Shown here: positions 24,801 through 37,400 of the stretch, in pieces
How the letters are laid out: each line of letters opens with the position of its first letter
Numbering within the stretch: position 1 is the first letter of the stretch
Source: Carcharhinus amblyrhynchos
Lineage: Eukaryota
NCBI GenBank assembly: GCA_965287045.1
Contig: OZ336889.1
Coordinates: forward strand, 45,384,001-45,448,000
Direction of reading: 5' to 3'
DNA: 64,000 nucleotides
Translations under genes and position numbers: made by a program
Notes under the pieces: model-generated
Seen by the model: the letters and a program-made list of their open reading frames with translations, nothing else
What the model was told of the DNA's origin: nothing
Database searches by the model: none

Positions 24801-25274
24801 TTTTAAATCGCCTGGCAGCTGCTTTTGGACAATGAGCTGTTAAAATGATTAATTCGTATGTCCAAACACGCCCCTTGCAAAACTTGCATCCATTCCTTCC
24901 TTCCAGCCCTTCATCCCCCTTACCTCCTTGTCTACAAAAAGATTAGAAGTATTTTCTTAAAGTAGAAAACAGATTGCATTTTTTATGCTTCTAAAGTTAT
25001 GAAATATATTTTATTGAAAAATGTTTGAAAAGTTCAGATAGTTATTTCAGATAAATGTGAACATGATTAAACTTATACAGTGATAAAATTATTTTTGTCA
25101 TTTGGTTAATAATCTTCTTTCATTAAACTTAACAAAATGATTAAAATTATTTATTCAAACGTCAAACGTCAAAACGTCAAAATTCGAATGTTAGAATAAT
25201 GGAATACTTTAAATAAACAATGCAGAAATATTAATCTTAAACAAATCGGAATGAACAATGAAAAATGGAACATG

Positions 25275-25550
25275 CCGAAGAACAAAGAACCAAAGAACAA
25301 AATCAGCCTGGGAAACAGGCCCTTCGGCCCAACGAGCCCACGCTGCCATCTCAACACCACCTCTCTGCCCATGACCCCAATCTAATGTTTTATGGCCATC
25401 CAGATTGAGGGAAAACTGATTTGGGGACAATTTATTCCTGCCAATCAGCCTAACAGCACATCTTTGGGGTGTGGGAGGAAACCGGAGCACCCGGAGGAAA
25501 CCCACGCAAGCACGGGGAGAATGCGCAAACTCCCATAGACACTGGCCCAA
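25275..25550 (-). mobile_element. V-SINE with CR1-like tail (copy at ~46915-47185)
   Basis: aagaacaaagaac tail, ggcccttcggccca, V domain. Confidence 0.8.
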
Positions 25551-25814
25551 ATCCATGTGTCTGCACAGCAAACAGAGATAGTCACTGAGCTGTCGTCTTG
25601 CCCAGTATCTTGTCCAGTTTAGGCACACACTAACGACATGAAGCACTGGGCAGTCTCGAGCAACCAAAAGCAGCCCCAGTACGACCCATCGCGTGTATGC
25701 CCCTCGTTGGACACGAGGTGGACCGACTTAAAACCTGTGAATGAAAAGAGAAAAACATTATTATCATACTATACCCATTTACATTTCTAGGGACACCTCA
25801 ATGCTAATAACCCT

Positions 25815-26500
25815 TATTTAAAGGTTCTCCTATATCCACCCATCTCCAACTCAGTCATGTGCCTGTCTAAGTTACTCTTAAAGGACTCTAGCGTGTTTGC
25901 CTCCACCACCTTACTTGGCAGAGCATTCCATACCCCCACTACCCTCTGTGTGAAAAACCTCCCTCTAATATCTGTGTTGTACCGCTCCGCCCTCACCTTA
26001 AGCCCATGGCGTCTTGTCCTACGTGACTCTATTATAGGAAATAGTTTACCTCTGTTTACTCTATCTCTACCCTTCATAATCTTATATACCTCTATTAGAT
26101 CCCCCCTCAGTCGGCGTCTTTCAAGGGAAAAGAGCCCCAATTTCTTCAATCTTTCCTCATACCCCAGTCCTTCCATACCAGGCAACATCCTGGTAAACCT
26201 CCTCTGCACTCTCTCCAGAGTCTCCACGTCCTTCTGGTAGTACGGCGACCGGAACTGTACGCAGTACTCCAAATGCGGCCTAACCAACGTTCTGTACAGC
26301 TGCAACATTAGACTCCCGCTCTTCTATTCTATACCCCTTCCTATAAAGGCTAACATACCATAGGCTTTCTTCACCACACTCTCCACTTGCACTGCCACTT
26401 TCAAAGACTTGTGCACTTGCACCCCGAGGTCTCGCTGCGACTCTATACTCCTTACAGGCTTACCCTTTATCATATAATTTCCCCCTACATTATTCCGGCC
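25815..26500 (-). mobile_element. CR1 LINE ORF2 3' fragment
   Basis: RDLGVQVH..LYRTLVRPHLEYCVQF..LERVQRRFTRM..RRLRGDLI..FFTQRVV. Confidence 0.92.
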
Positions 26501-29074
26501 AGGAGAGTTGTTAACGTAGAGGTAGGAGTGTTGGAGGGAGAGGAAACGCAGCGCCACCGCGGCCCCGCCCCGTCCATTGACGTCTTTTTCTGCATCCCTG
26601 CTGGAAGTGAATCTTGCCCGCAGGCAAATGTATCTGAACGGGGTGGCTACTGGCCTGGGTTGGATTGTTGTTGTTGCTGTCTGGATGGGTGAAATGGCTC
26701 CATTCTACACTATAGAGGTTCTGTGGACGGAATTGTGTGGCTGTGCTCTACTCAAAACTGGAAAATACTGCCAGAGGTGAACAGGTCTTTCCATTGCCCA
26801 CTCCTCAACCACTAGGATTCTTGTGGCAGCGGGAAAGGGAAAATTCACCCCTATGATCCAATGACTAAATAGTACTTTCACCAACTTGAAACCAATAAAA
26901 CATTTGTTCATCTTTACATATTAACTGATATTCATATTCAATAATTGAAATAAATTTAACGAAATACGGGTTGAGTGAGCAATCTGTATGAACTATATAA
27001 AAGAAATAGCAATAAAAATGAAATGCAAATACGAACTTTTCTCAGAAAAGGCAGCCCTTTTCAAAGCAAAACTGTCTTTTGGAACCTGTATCTCAAAGGG
27101 CATTACTAGGCTGGCCGCAACATAAGGAAGTGTGGTTCAGGGATATCTTGCAACACCATGGGCCTGGTCAGGTGACTTTGTTGCGTGTTCGAGCCTGCTG
27201 CATACATTGGTAGTATCGGCGCAGTTGGTCAGGAGACCTAACTGTGCAATTTGTTTCTATTTTGCCTGTCCCTACATTGGCCATTGGAATTTATGGGCCA
27301 AGGAAATTTTGGGCCCTTGGTTTGAAAAATTTACCTGAACTTCCAATCAGAGCAGCATCCTCCCGCCTCAAAACTATCTGCTCAAGAACCAGCGCAACAC
27401 AGGAGAATCCTCACCAGGCCCCCTAATGATGAAGGCAGACTTGAAACGCCCATTAAGGCCCAGTTTGGAATTTGCAATTTTACATTGGAAACGGAAGGAT
27501 TTCCGTGCTGTTATAAAAGTATGTTTTTTGGAGGGGTTTATGACCATTTGAGACTAAATCGATTACGATAACCTAATTTAGAATGTATATTGTGCAGAAA
27601 AGGTACAAAGTACCTGGAGTCACAAAGGTACAGTTTGCATAGAAAAACATATAACCACTGTTAGAGATTATGAACATGCAATTGTGGATATTCTGTACAC
27701 CTTGGCCAACAACAGAGTTGAGTAAAAAGAACCACATTCATTGAAAATATTACAGCCACAAAGTGAAATCGAAAATGACTCTCTAATCAGCGTGGGTCTC
27801 AGATAGCTCGGGCAATCCCAGACAGCCAAATGAATGGTATAATACAATTTTCCCATAAAAGATTTCCTTAGTAGACAGTGGGAAAGGAACTTTTGAACTC
27901 TGTGGACTTATGTATGTAGGGCTGTTAGGAGACAGTGGGCAAGGGCGCCCAGGCTGCATGGATCTATGTATTTTTATGCTATATGAGGGTTAAATGATAC
28001 TGGCCGAATAATTCATACTAACATGATTGGCTCATCCGGTTCGGATGAACAGAGTAGGCAGGTAGATGATTTCTGAAAAATGTATAATTGTAATACTGCT
28101 AACAATGTAAATCAGAATAATTTGGGCTTCCACAAATAATTCTCCCACCCATGTTGACCACGCCTGGACAATAAAGAATGTCGTCAACCACAATAAGTGT
28201 CTCCGTGAGTCTTCATATTTGCTGAGCTGTAATTAATAAAGAGAAACCTCTCAAGTAAAAGCTAGCATAATAAATTGCTCTCTGAAAATGTTGAAGCATT
28301 TTTAATGTTTAATTATTTTACGTACTTGATGCTGTTGTTCAGAATTAATATTTTAATGTTTGAAAGTGAGCATTATTTAATGTAGAAACAGGTTGGATTA
28401 GTTTTCCTAAATTTGTGAAGGTACTATTTAAATCAGCATTATACTAACATATAACTTTATGTATGGTCCGCATTCAAATGTTCATATGTTTTACTTTATA
28501 ATGTGCTAAGTCTGAGAAACAATTTCATTCTGCATTATGTTATTGTAAAAGCTGTATAAGTGTTCCTGTGTTTTAATTTAGAACATTGAAACTGTACATT
28601 TCATTGGGAAACTGAGATATCAGAGCTTCTCAGACTATGATTTGCATAAGATTGAGCAAAACGGACTTCACATTTTGGGCCTTGGAAAATCTAAATGTGC
28701 TCATCATTGGTATTCTTCTACCTGGCTCAATTGACTTTTAATTCTCATATTTAATTGTCTGGAGTGTTTTTACAAAGCGTTTGCGTCAAACCAAATTTAA
28801 ATGTTTTGTTTCGTTCAATAAAATATGAATAGAATTTCATGGTTTAATAGAACACATTTATCACCAGAAGTAATATCATAGGTAGAAAACATTGCTATCA
28901 CATTAATGTTGAACTGAAGATTTGACTTCAGTCGCTGCACTGACATGTTTGTTGCCTCATCTTATCAGGTTTCTTATAAAATTTATGTTTCTATAACAAC
29001 CGTTAGTGAAATATTTCCTGCGCTCACACAACAGTCTGTTGTCTCTAAACAAGGAGGTAAGCAAGGGAAATGAA

Positions 29075-29430
29075 CAGCGGTGGGGAGAGGAAGGAGAGGG
29101 AGTGTGAGGGGAGGGGAAGGGGAGGGGATATGGGGAGAGGTGACATTGGGAGAGAGGATAAAAAGGAGTGGTAAAGATGGGGAGGAGGAAATAAGGAGGG
29201 GGAAATGGTGTGGGGGACACGGGAATGGTAAAACGGTAGGGGGAATGGTGAGGGTGAAATGAAGAGGTGAATGTGGGGAGGGGAAAATTGGGGAAGAGGA
29301 AAACAGAAGGGGGAAAGGGAGGAGGGCAAAAGGTGGATGGAGAAAACTGGAGTGAGAAAATGGTGAGCAGGAGAAGGAGGGAGCGGGAAAAGTGGGGAGT
29401 GGGATAAGGGTAAAAGAGAGAGGAGGCTTT
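29075..29430. repeat. Purine-rich (G/A) low-complexity tract (copy at ~50700-51080)
   Basis: Many GGGGA/GGGA/GGAG runs with very few C. Confidence 0.85.
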
Positions 29431-29806
29431 GGATGTTATAAATAGACTCACTCTTCCACGCCTGCATCAAAGGCTCAAAAAGAACTTTAGTTAAGAATAA
29501 AGCAAAACGCACAACTTTCCAGCGGTGGTGTAACATGCCCCCAGATTTTCAATCCGCACTGTATTCTGCAACATTAAATTAGGGAAACTGTTAGCATAGA
29601 GTTAGACAATGCTTCAAATATGTTGGAACATCCAAATCCTGAAATTTATACCAGACACTAACATCGACCGAGTTATACAGGAACATGCTTTTCACTAGAA
29701 TTATTGTCATGACAAAATGGTAAAAACATTTTTTAAAATCTTTCCCTTCCTTTCCTTGTATTCCAAATATGTTAAACATCTTTTTAAAATATTTTACAAA
29801 AAAAAT

Positions 29807-30236
29807 GTACTCGTTAGAGTTTAGAAGAATGAGGGGAGATCTCATTGAGACATATAAGATGATGAATGGGATGGATAGGATAGAGTTGGAGAGAATCTTC
29901 CTGCTCAGAAAGGATAGTAGGACTAGGGGGCACAGCCTCAAGATAAAGGGGGGGCGGTTTAGAACAGAGTTGAGGAGGAACTTCTTCACTCAAAGGGTGG
30001 TGAATCTCTGGAATTCTCTGCCCGTTGAAGTGGTGGAGGCTACCTCGCTAAATATTTTTAAGACGCGGGTAGATGGGTTTTTGACAAGAGAGGGATTAAG
30101 GGTTATGGGGAGAGGGCGGGAATGTGGAACTGAGCCACGACAGATCAGCCATGATCTTATTGAATGGGGGGTGCAGGCTCGAAGGGCTAGTTGGCCTACT
30201 CCTGCTCCTATTTCTTATGTTCTTATGTTATGTTCT
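29807..30236 (+). mobile_element. CR1 LINE 3' fragment with (TTCTTATG)n tail
   Basis: YSLEFRRMRGDLIETYK..RNFFTQRVVNLWNSLP. Confidence 0.92.
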
Positions 30237-33200
30237 AATCCTCCATGGAATTTCTGCTGCCTCTACTCGCTGCAGCTAGACCAAAGAATAAGTGTGCAAA
30301 TAAATAAGGGCAAAAACTAACTTAATATCAGCGCAGGTGACGGAGGTTTTGGTACAATTGCAGCTCAACGCTTCAATATCGGCAGCTTTGCAAACCTCAA
30401 TCGGAGGTTCAAATTTGCTGCTCTTTGTCTGCGCATGCGCCGAGACTTGCATCGGGTTCCGACGCGCATGTGCGGGGCATAATCGACTTTCAGTCGCATT
30501 CGGGCAGCAAGTTGCGGGCCACGTATTCTGTTGACCTTTCTGATTTCTCAAACTGGGTCTGACATTTCCCACATGTTAATGAATTCCCTGGAACATGGAC
30601 TTGCAAATTTGCAGCACCTTCGCCACCTGCTGTTTGGACTGCGGTGTGGCACTTCCTTCCACTGAAGCCATGGCATCAGCGTTCCTCAAAGTCGTGACCT
30701 GGTATTTACACATTGCCCCATTTTCAGGAACTTGGATGTTTAAAATGAACACGACTCACTGCATCTCTACACCTGCCTTCACACACAGGTTGTACATCCC
30801 CCTATTCCATTCGATGATGCTGTTTCTCCTCCACCAGCACAGTTTCGACATCTCGTTCCTCTGAAACTCTCTGCCCTGTTCCCCAAGGAGCACCTCTTCC
30901 ACTGACTCACCACCATGACCTACTGGTATGTCCAAGGACAACTGTGAATCCAGCAGATGGAAATGTTTGCAATTGTTGATCGGATGAAATAAACTTCCCT
31001 CCTCGTACACCGTTTAAACATTTAGTTAATGACATTTCGTTTGTGCATTATAACACCAGAATGAACAAAGATTACTTCAGGATTAATGTCCGCCCCCCCC
31101 CTCCGCCCCCCCGACCACACACGCACACAGTTACCGGACAAATTCCCGGTGTTCAGTGCGGTCATTCAGGAAGATAAAACAGCCCCTGGGCAAACGGTGC
31201 CCCCTGACATTCTGGGCAACCGTTCCTTCTGAAAGGAAATGTTGATTCACTTTCTCCCGTTACCGGAAGCAAACAGAAAAAACATTCTGTGAGGACGAAA
31301 ATTAGACACAACATTTGTTGAGAAGTCAGCACCATCTCAATACCACTGAAATTTACCACATCTTCTTAAATGAGGAACTGCTCATATCACGTGACCCTGT
31401 AACCTAAGATTTATATTTTATACGGAACAGCGTGAATCCATACACGTGCCCAGGCTCAACTTCCAAGGCATTGAATTTCTTACGGCACTCACTACACCGC
31501 CAGTTTATCTGCCAAAGGACACCTTTGAATCCGTCAGAATGAAATGGTTATAAATATTTATTACATGAATAAACTTTCCATGCTCTAACATGGTTCAAAC
31601 ACTCAGTTAGTGACGTATCGTTTGTGCATTCCAGAATTAGTCTGAGCACTGGTTACTCCGACCTGAATGGTTCCCAACAGTTACCTGAGCACCTCAGTGA
31701 GCTCAAACAGGAAGGCGTCACCGCCCAGGTCACAGAGTGCTTCCGGGCATTATGGGTAACCATTTTCTCAATACATAAATGAATAAAAAACCTTGTTTTC
31801 TTACTACCCTGTCTTCTGAAACCCTTTGTACAGTTAATGGAGACAAACCTAATGGTACAAATACAAACTGATACGTCCACATTGTGCCAACGACGATTAG
31901 AGATTACAGTTGATAACAAGGGCGGCACTACCTTCAAACAACTGGAATTTTCGACACTTATGAAATGAGGAAACATGCACATCCAATTGCCTTTTAACTA
32001 TCTACAATCAAACTAAGATTTTTTTGATCAAATATCATCGATTCATATCCATGTCCTGGCAGGACGCCCAAATCATTGATAGTTTTACGGCCCCTATAAA
32101 TAAATGACACGCTTCCACTTGCAATCACTGCCTGTCAATTTCTTTCCAGGCTGAGGTATTGATTTTTCTTGGACGACTTCAAGCTTCCATTACCGAAGAC
32201 GCGGCGATGCCTGCTTTCAAGTTCACAAAGCCGAATTTTGAGACCTGCATCCACTAAATTATGAAATAATTTATTCTGATTCACATTCTGCGATGCAACA
32301 CGTTTTGAAGTCAGTTAAATGATTGATTTCTACTTTGCTAAGGTAACAATTTTCTAAAATGTACTTCCCCATTTATTTTACTGTCAGCATTTTATGGTTT
32401 AATTCAACGCTTTCCACGTTCTTTAAATTATGTTAAACGTGTACAGACCCATGAAAACAATTGAAATGTTTGAAATTAGTTTTGAAATCCTTTAAATTCA
32501 TTTAGAACTTTGGAAAGCGCCCGGCGGAGGACTGAAGGGATTTCAACGGCCGTTCCGTCAAATGTTGACTTCAATCGGGCTGCCACTTCTGAGACTCGCG
32601 TATACTCCTGGTGCCTGTCTCCCTAGACAGCTGAGTCCGGCAGCAGGGAGATGAAGACCCGAAACCTGCAGTGGTAAACGTTAAGGCAGCAGATTCAATA
32701 GTGGTCAGCGGCACGACAGCCTCGCAGCCAACCGGATCCTCTGGGTGAATATTTAAGAGATACTTACGATTCGCACTGCTGTGATGTCACCAAGCATTGT
32801 AAGGAACTAACGGCATTACAGCATTTTTACAGACAATAAATTAAAAAGTACAAACTCGCCCGTCATTAAAAGCCGAGACAAACCTCATTCAGGAAGATGT
32901 ATAGAGCAGTTTAAGCAGAGAGCCTAATAGTGTAATAACACAAGTTCTTGAAAATTCAATAGTTTGGAGTTGATTGCAGTTGTCAGGAACCCGGCTGATG
33001 TTATCTGCGAAGATGTCCCAAACTGAAGCACCGAGAAATGGGTGTGTAAACCGGATCGGTGTGAGGAATAATGTGCAAGACCCAACGAGTAGAGTGGACA
33101 GCCCAGTCGGAGTACAACACTAATAAATACAATAAAAACGACATATATACACTAATAGCACTGTAACGATCGAAAACAGTGAAATGTAGGAACTACTAAA

Positions 33201-33340
33201 CTCACACACGCACTATAGGCAGAAATTAGACTACTTACGCGATCTGAAAAATTTCAGAACTTTCCTCCCTGAACAACATCCAATTCAATAGATTTATAAG
33301 TGAATGCCAGCTTATGGTTACTACACTGTATTCGATTGTT

Positions 33341-33620
33341 TAAGTTTATTTATTAGTGTCACAAATAGGCTTACATTAACTCTGCAATGAAGTCACTCTG
33401 CAATCCGTTTGTTGCCATACGGCAGTGCCTATTCGGGTACACTGAGGTAGAATTTGGAATGGCCAATGCACCAAAGCAGCACCTCTTTGGGACGGTGGAC
33501 GGAAAATGGAGGACCCGAGGAAACCCACGCAGACACGGAGAGAAAGTGCAGATTCTGCACAATTAGTGACACGGGCCCCTGGCGCTGTGAGGCAGTAGTG
33601 CAAAATACTGAGCCACTTTG
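33341..33620 (-). mobile_element. HE1-like V-SINE (copy at ~55873-56153)
   Basis: Same family tail and V domain in reverse orientation. Confidence 0.8.
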
Positions 33621-34249
33621 AGAACTTATTCTGGAGAATTGAAAATATGACTTTAACTGCCTCCACAAAGATGTCAGCCCTCATGCTTCGAGTCCGCGAG
33701 CTGGGACTGACCACTCCTCTTCTCTCCACAGTTAAGTTCCTCTCTCTGTTACAGTTTAAGCACAGAGGCAGTGCCTATACAATGAAAAAAAGAGCGGGTG
33801 CAAAAATCATCAGCTTTAGGAAAAGGCGGATGACAATTTTAAAATAAATTCCTTGCGGAAATGCACTTTTATATGAACTTCAATTCCTGCAGTCCCAACA
33901 CCAGCATGAAGAAAATCTGCCACAGATACCAGTAAAATACCCATCTCAGTGAACTTTTGCTTTACTTTTCCTTTTGTCATTGAATTTTAATTTGGCTAAG
34001 GAAACAGCGAACTACTGCAAAGCTTGGTAATTCAACGTGTTTTCCTGTGTAGGTGATCATATTCCGAAATTGAGAGTTATCTTGTGAAATAGTCCATCAC
34101 TTTATCTGGGTGGGTTTTTATATCCACGCAAGTTAACCTTTTTTCCTGTTTTAAACGCATGGAGCCGAGCCAGATTAAGTTATATGATAACATCATATAA
34201 ACGTTTAAGAACAGACTGCTAACTTCATCTTCATTTTAGACGCCGGTCA

Positions 34250-34405
34250 CCACCCACAACAGCTCCACCTCCCCCGCACCACCACCACCTCCCACCCGCT
34301 ACCGCCCCCCCCCCACCCCACCCCGCCAACCCCACGCCCCCCGCCCCCCACCCGCCCCCCCCCCCCCCCCCCCCCCCTCCCCACCACCTCGCCCTTCCAG
34401 CCCCA
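34250..34405. repeat. C-rich low-complexity tract with poly-C (copy at ~56783-56936)
   Basis: Consecutive C runs, one longer than 20 nt. Confidence 0.9.
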
Positions 34406-37400
34406 AAAACGAAAAGTCTGTTATGGTCAGATTTGGAGAGGTCTGATGGGGGAGTCGTGTGCATCCCCTCTTCAAGTGGCTGTAAGACTATCCATTGTAA
34501 CATATTTCCAATCGTTACTGCATTCTTCAATTCCAGTACCAATCTTTCCGCAGGATCTTTATAAAATGTCTCTCTGAAATCCAAGTACCAGACTTTCCAA
34601 CTATCATGGCTCTTTACCAAAGAAACACAACAAGTTAGGTGAATGAATTCTCGGCCATGACTCTAATGCCCTATCTTTGTAGATCTGCTTTCTGTACGGA
34701 TGCTCGATGATATTATTTCTAATAAATGTTTCCCGACTTTTCCACCCAATGGGCGGCAGACTCACCACATGTGTTTCCATGAATCACTTTTACTACTATT
34801 AAAAGAGTTAATCTGCTTACGTCCCGTGCCCAGACACCTCCCCAGTATTCAGCATTTTCTCGGATATTTCTGCCAGAGTTCCTGCAACTTCCTAAAGTAA
34901 GATTTCTTGAAAGCAATTGATTAGGCTGTGGATCGATGGCCGAGTGCTATTATCGCTACACTATTAGTCCAGAAAGCCAGCTGATGTCCTGTGGCCAGAG
35001 ATTCGAATTCGGCAACGGCAGCTGTTGCTAATAAAAAAAATGTGGGAATGAGGACCATGAAACGATTGTCGGCAAAATCCCATCTGGTTCACTAACGTAC
35101 CTTTAGGGAAGGAAATCTGCCGTCCTTGCCTGGTCTGGCCTCAATGTGACACAAGAGCCACAGCAACAGCCCTCTGATCAAGAGCAACTAGGGATAGGGA
35201 ATATGTGCTGGCCACCCAGCGACGTCCGTGTCCCACCAATGAATGAAAAACAATGCGCTCCTATTGGGTTTTTACGGCTGTTTGGCCATCATTTGCTCTC
35301 ATTTGGGAAGCACGTTATTTACAGAGAATTGAGTGTCAAATGCGCGCCGATATCAGGACCCGGGAATAGGAGAGGTCACGTGTTGGGCATATCCATGAGA
35401 CTGAATCAATCTGGGTCGAGTTCATGCACTGCTCGAAGTGGAGTCTGTTCCTTAACGGCGCACTGGAAAATTCGAAGCAATTGGTTCCAGAAATTAATTG
35501 AAAAGAACACATCCCTTTATTTAGAGACCATTCAGTAGTATGAGGCGATCATGGATTTATTTCTCCCGATTTCTTCACGGCAAACAAAATATTTTTGGAC
35601 GCTTCCTCTCTCACAATTCCAAACCATCCCTCGAACTTATGATTTGCAATCATGGAGCGGTAGTACATACAGAAGGAGGCGGTTCGGCCGATCAAGACTG
35701 ACTGGCGCTTTGGAATTGAGATCCGTGAAATCCCACTCAACTCATCTTTCCCCTGACAATTCTCCTCCTGACAATTCTCCCCATTACAATTACATGGCGC
35801 CTTTCACGATATCAGGGCGTCCTGAGGCTCTTCACAGTCAATGGAATACTTTTGAAGTGTAGTCACTGTTGTGATAGGGATCAGGGCAAAAAAATCTGTG
35901 CACATCTCACTTTCACAAGCAGAAAGGTCATCAAAGCAAAATCATTTCCAGTGATGTTCATTGAAGGGAAGGTTGTTTACCCAATACTTTCATGGATTGA
36001 TTTCATGGATTTATTTTCTTTAATGGAGTGATATGAACCACGTAAAGGCAAGAAAATATTAGATTCGAGAGGCATCTGCATCAGCACAGACTGGTGGGCC
36101 GAAGGGCCAGTTCCTGTGCTATACTGTTCTTTCAGTAAAACTCACATCTACATGGGACACAATAGGCAGACACGGTTTCATGACTCTTCTGAAGGATGTC
36201 ATAGTCAACAGAATGGCATGATTAAAGAATGCAATTCTGTTGAAATGCTATAAATCAGTTTCAGTGGCCAGGAAACAATGTACCAGGTTTAATTTTCTTT
36301 GTCCAATGCCTATGGAATTCATCAATCTAATTGCTAAATGGCTGTACCGTCATTTGTAGAACCTAGACAGAGTTCTTCAGCTGGCACAGGAGATAGAGCA
36401 GGTTTGCAGCTTTCAGAACCGTGTTTGGTCAAACAGCGCATTGACTAACAGGCTGTGCAATTGAATGTGGATATCTGTGATGAAGCCAAAATCAGCAGCC
36501 ACACGCTCCAGCAAAAGATGGATTGAAACCTTGCATTGTTTCTATTAAAGTTTTGCACTGACAGTTTTTAACCTGGCTTTAGCAATCTTCTTCATCTTGT
36601 GATTGGTCAACGAGGGCCAAGCCGAATAAAAATTAAATTACTTCCTACTCCCTTCGTCGGTAATCAACACCAGGAAACACTTAACAACCTGGACATGAGG
36701 ACATAAGAAAGAGGAGCAGGAAGATGACCTTTTGCCCTTCGAATCTGTTGCGCCATTCAGCAAGGTCATGAACAGATCATCTACCTCAAGACCACCTTCC
36801 TGCGCTATCCCCAAATTCGATGATTAGCTGAATAAGTCAAAATAAATCACCAGCTTGAATGATCACAGTGACTGCGATTCCACAGTTCTCTGCGTAGAAA
36901 ATTAAAATATTATCAATATGATGCACATTGTTGGGGTGCAAGTCTTGATCCTGTCCAAACACTGCCCTCTAAACACAGCCAACGCGATAATGATCAATTT
37001 ATTCCTGTTTCCTGTTTTCTGTCCATTCACCAATTTAAATTCAGTCTCAGATATTGCACCCAATCCCACATGTCCGAATTCTATCCATGAAACGTGTGTG
37101 GTGGTTCCTGATTTATCGGTTTTTTTGTAAAAATACGAATAAACCCGCTGACCCCACCTTATTCTTCTTTCCAGTAACATTCTCAAAAAACTGACTTTCA
37201 AAGTCTGCTATTATAACCCCGCCAAGAAAGAGTTCTAGGTTTTTGCCTGCGCTTGGTGCTAGACTCACAGTCCTCTGATTCCACAATTTTTTTTCCTCCT
37301 TTCATAAATTTCAGGATTGACTTTGCCACATTCCAACCTTCGAGAACTATTGCAGAATCAAGGGATTCCGGAAGTTTGACTACAATATCTCCTTGCAGTT

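Larger units (their letters stand above)
12206..33710. repeat. Tandem segmental duplication unit 1 (~21.5 kb)
   Basis: Collinear with 33711-56243; homology starts at ccactcctct (12206/33711/56244); the ORF track repeats at a ~21.6-22.5 kb offset. Confidence 0.95.

Noticed and set aside
27023-28647. Extra perfect octamers (27023, 28640; also 4582 and unit 2 copies)
   Set aside because: No leader or V exon nearby; a few occurrences are expected by chance in AT-rich DNA.
28957-29536. Long Pro/Phe/Ser-rich ORFs (also 50686-51189) and Gly-rich ORFs at 34231 and 56764
   Set aside because: Artefacts of low-complexity purine or C tracts; frames differ between copies.
30276-33847. Short ORFs identical between units
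   Set aside because: Identity reflects recent duplication rather than coding constraint; no domains recognised.
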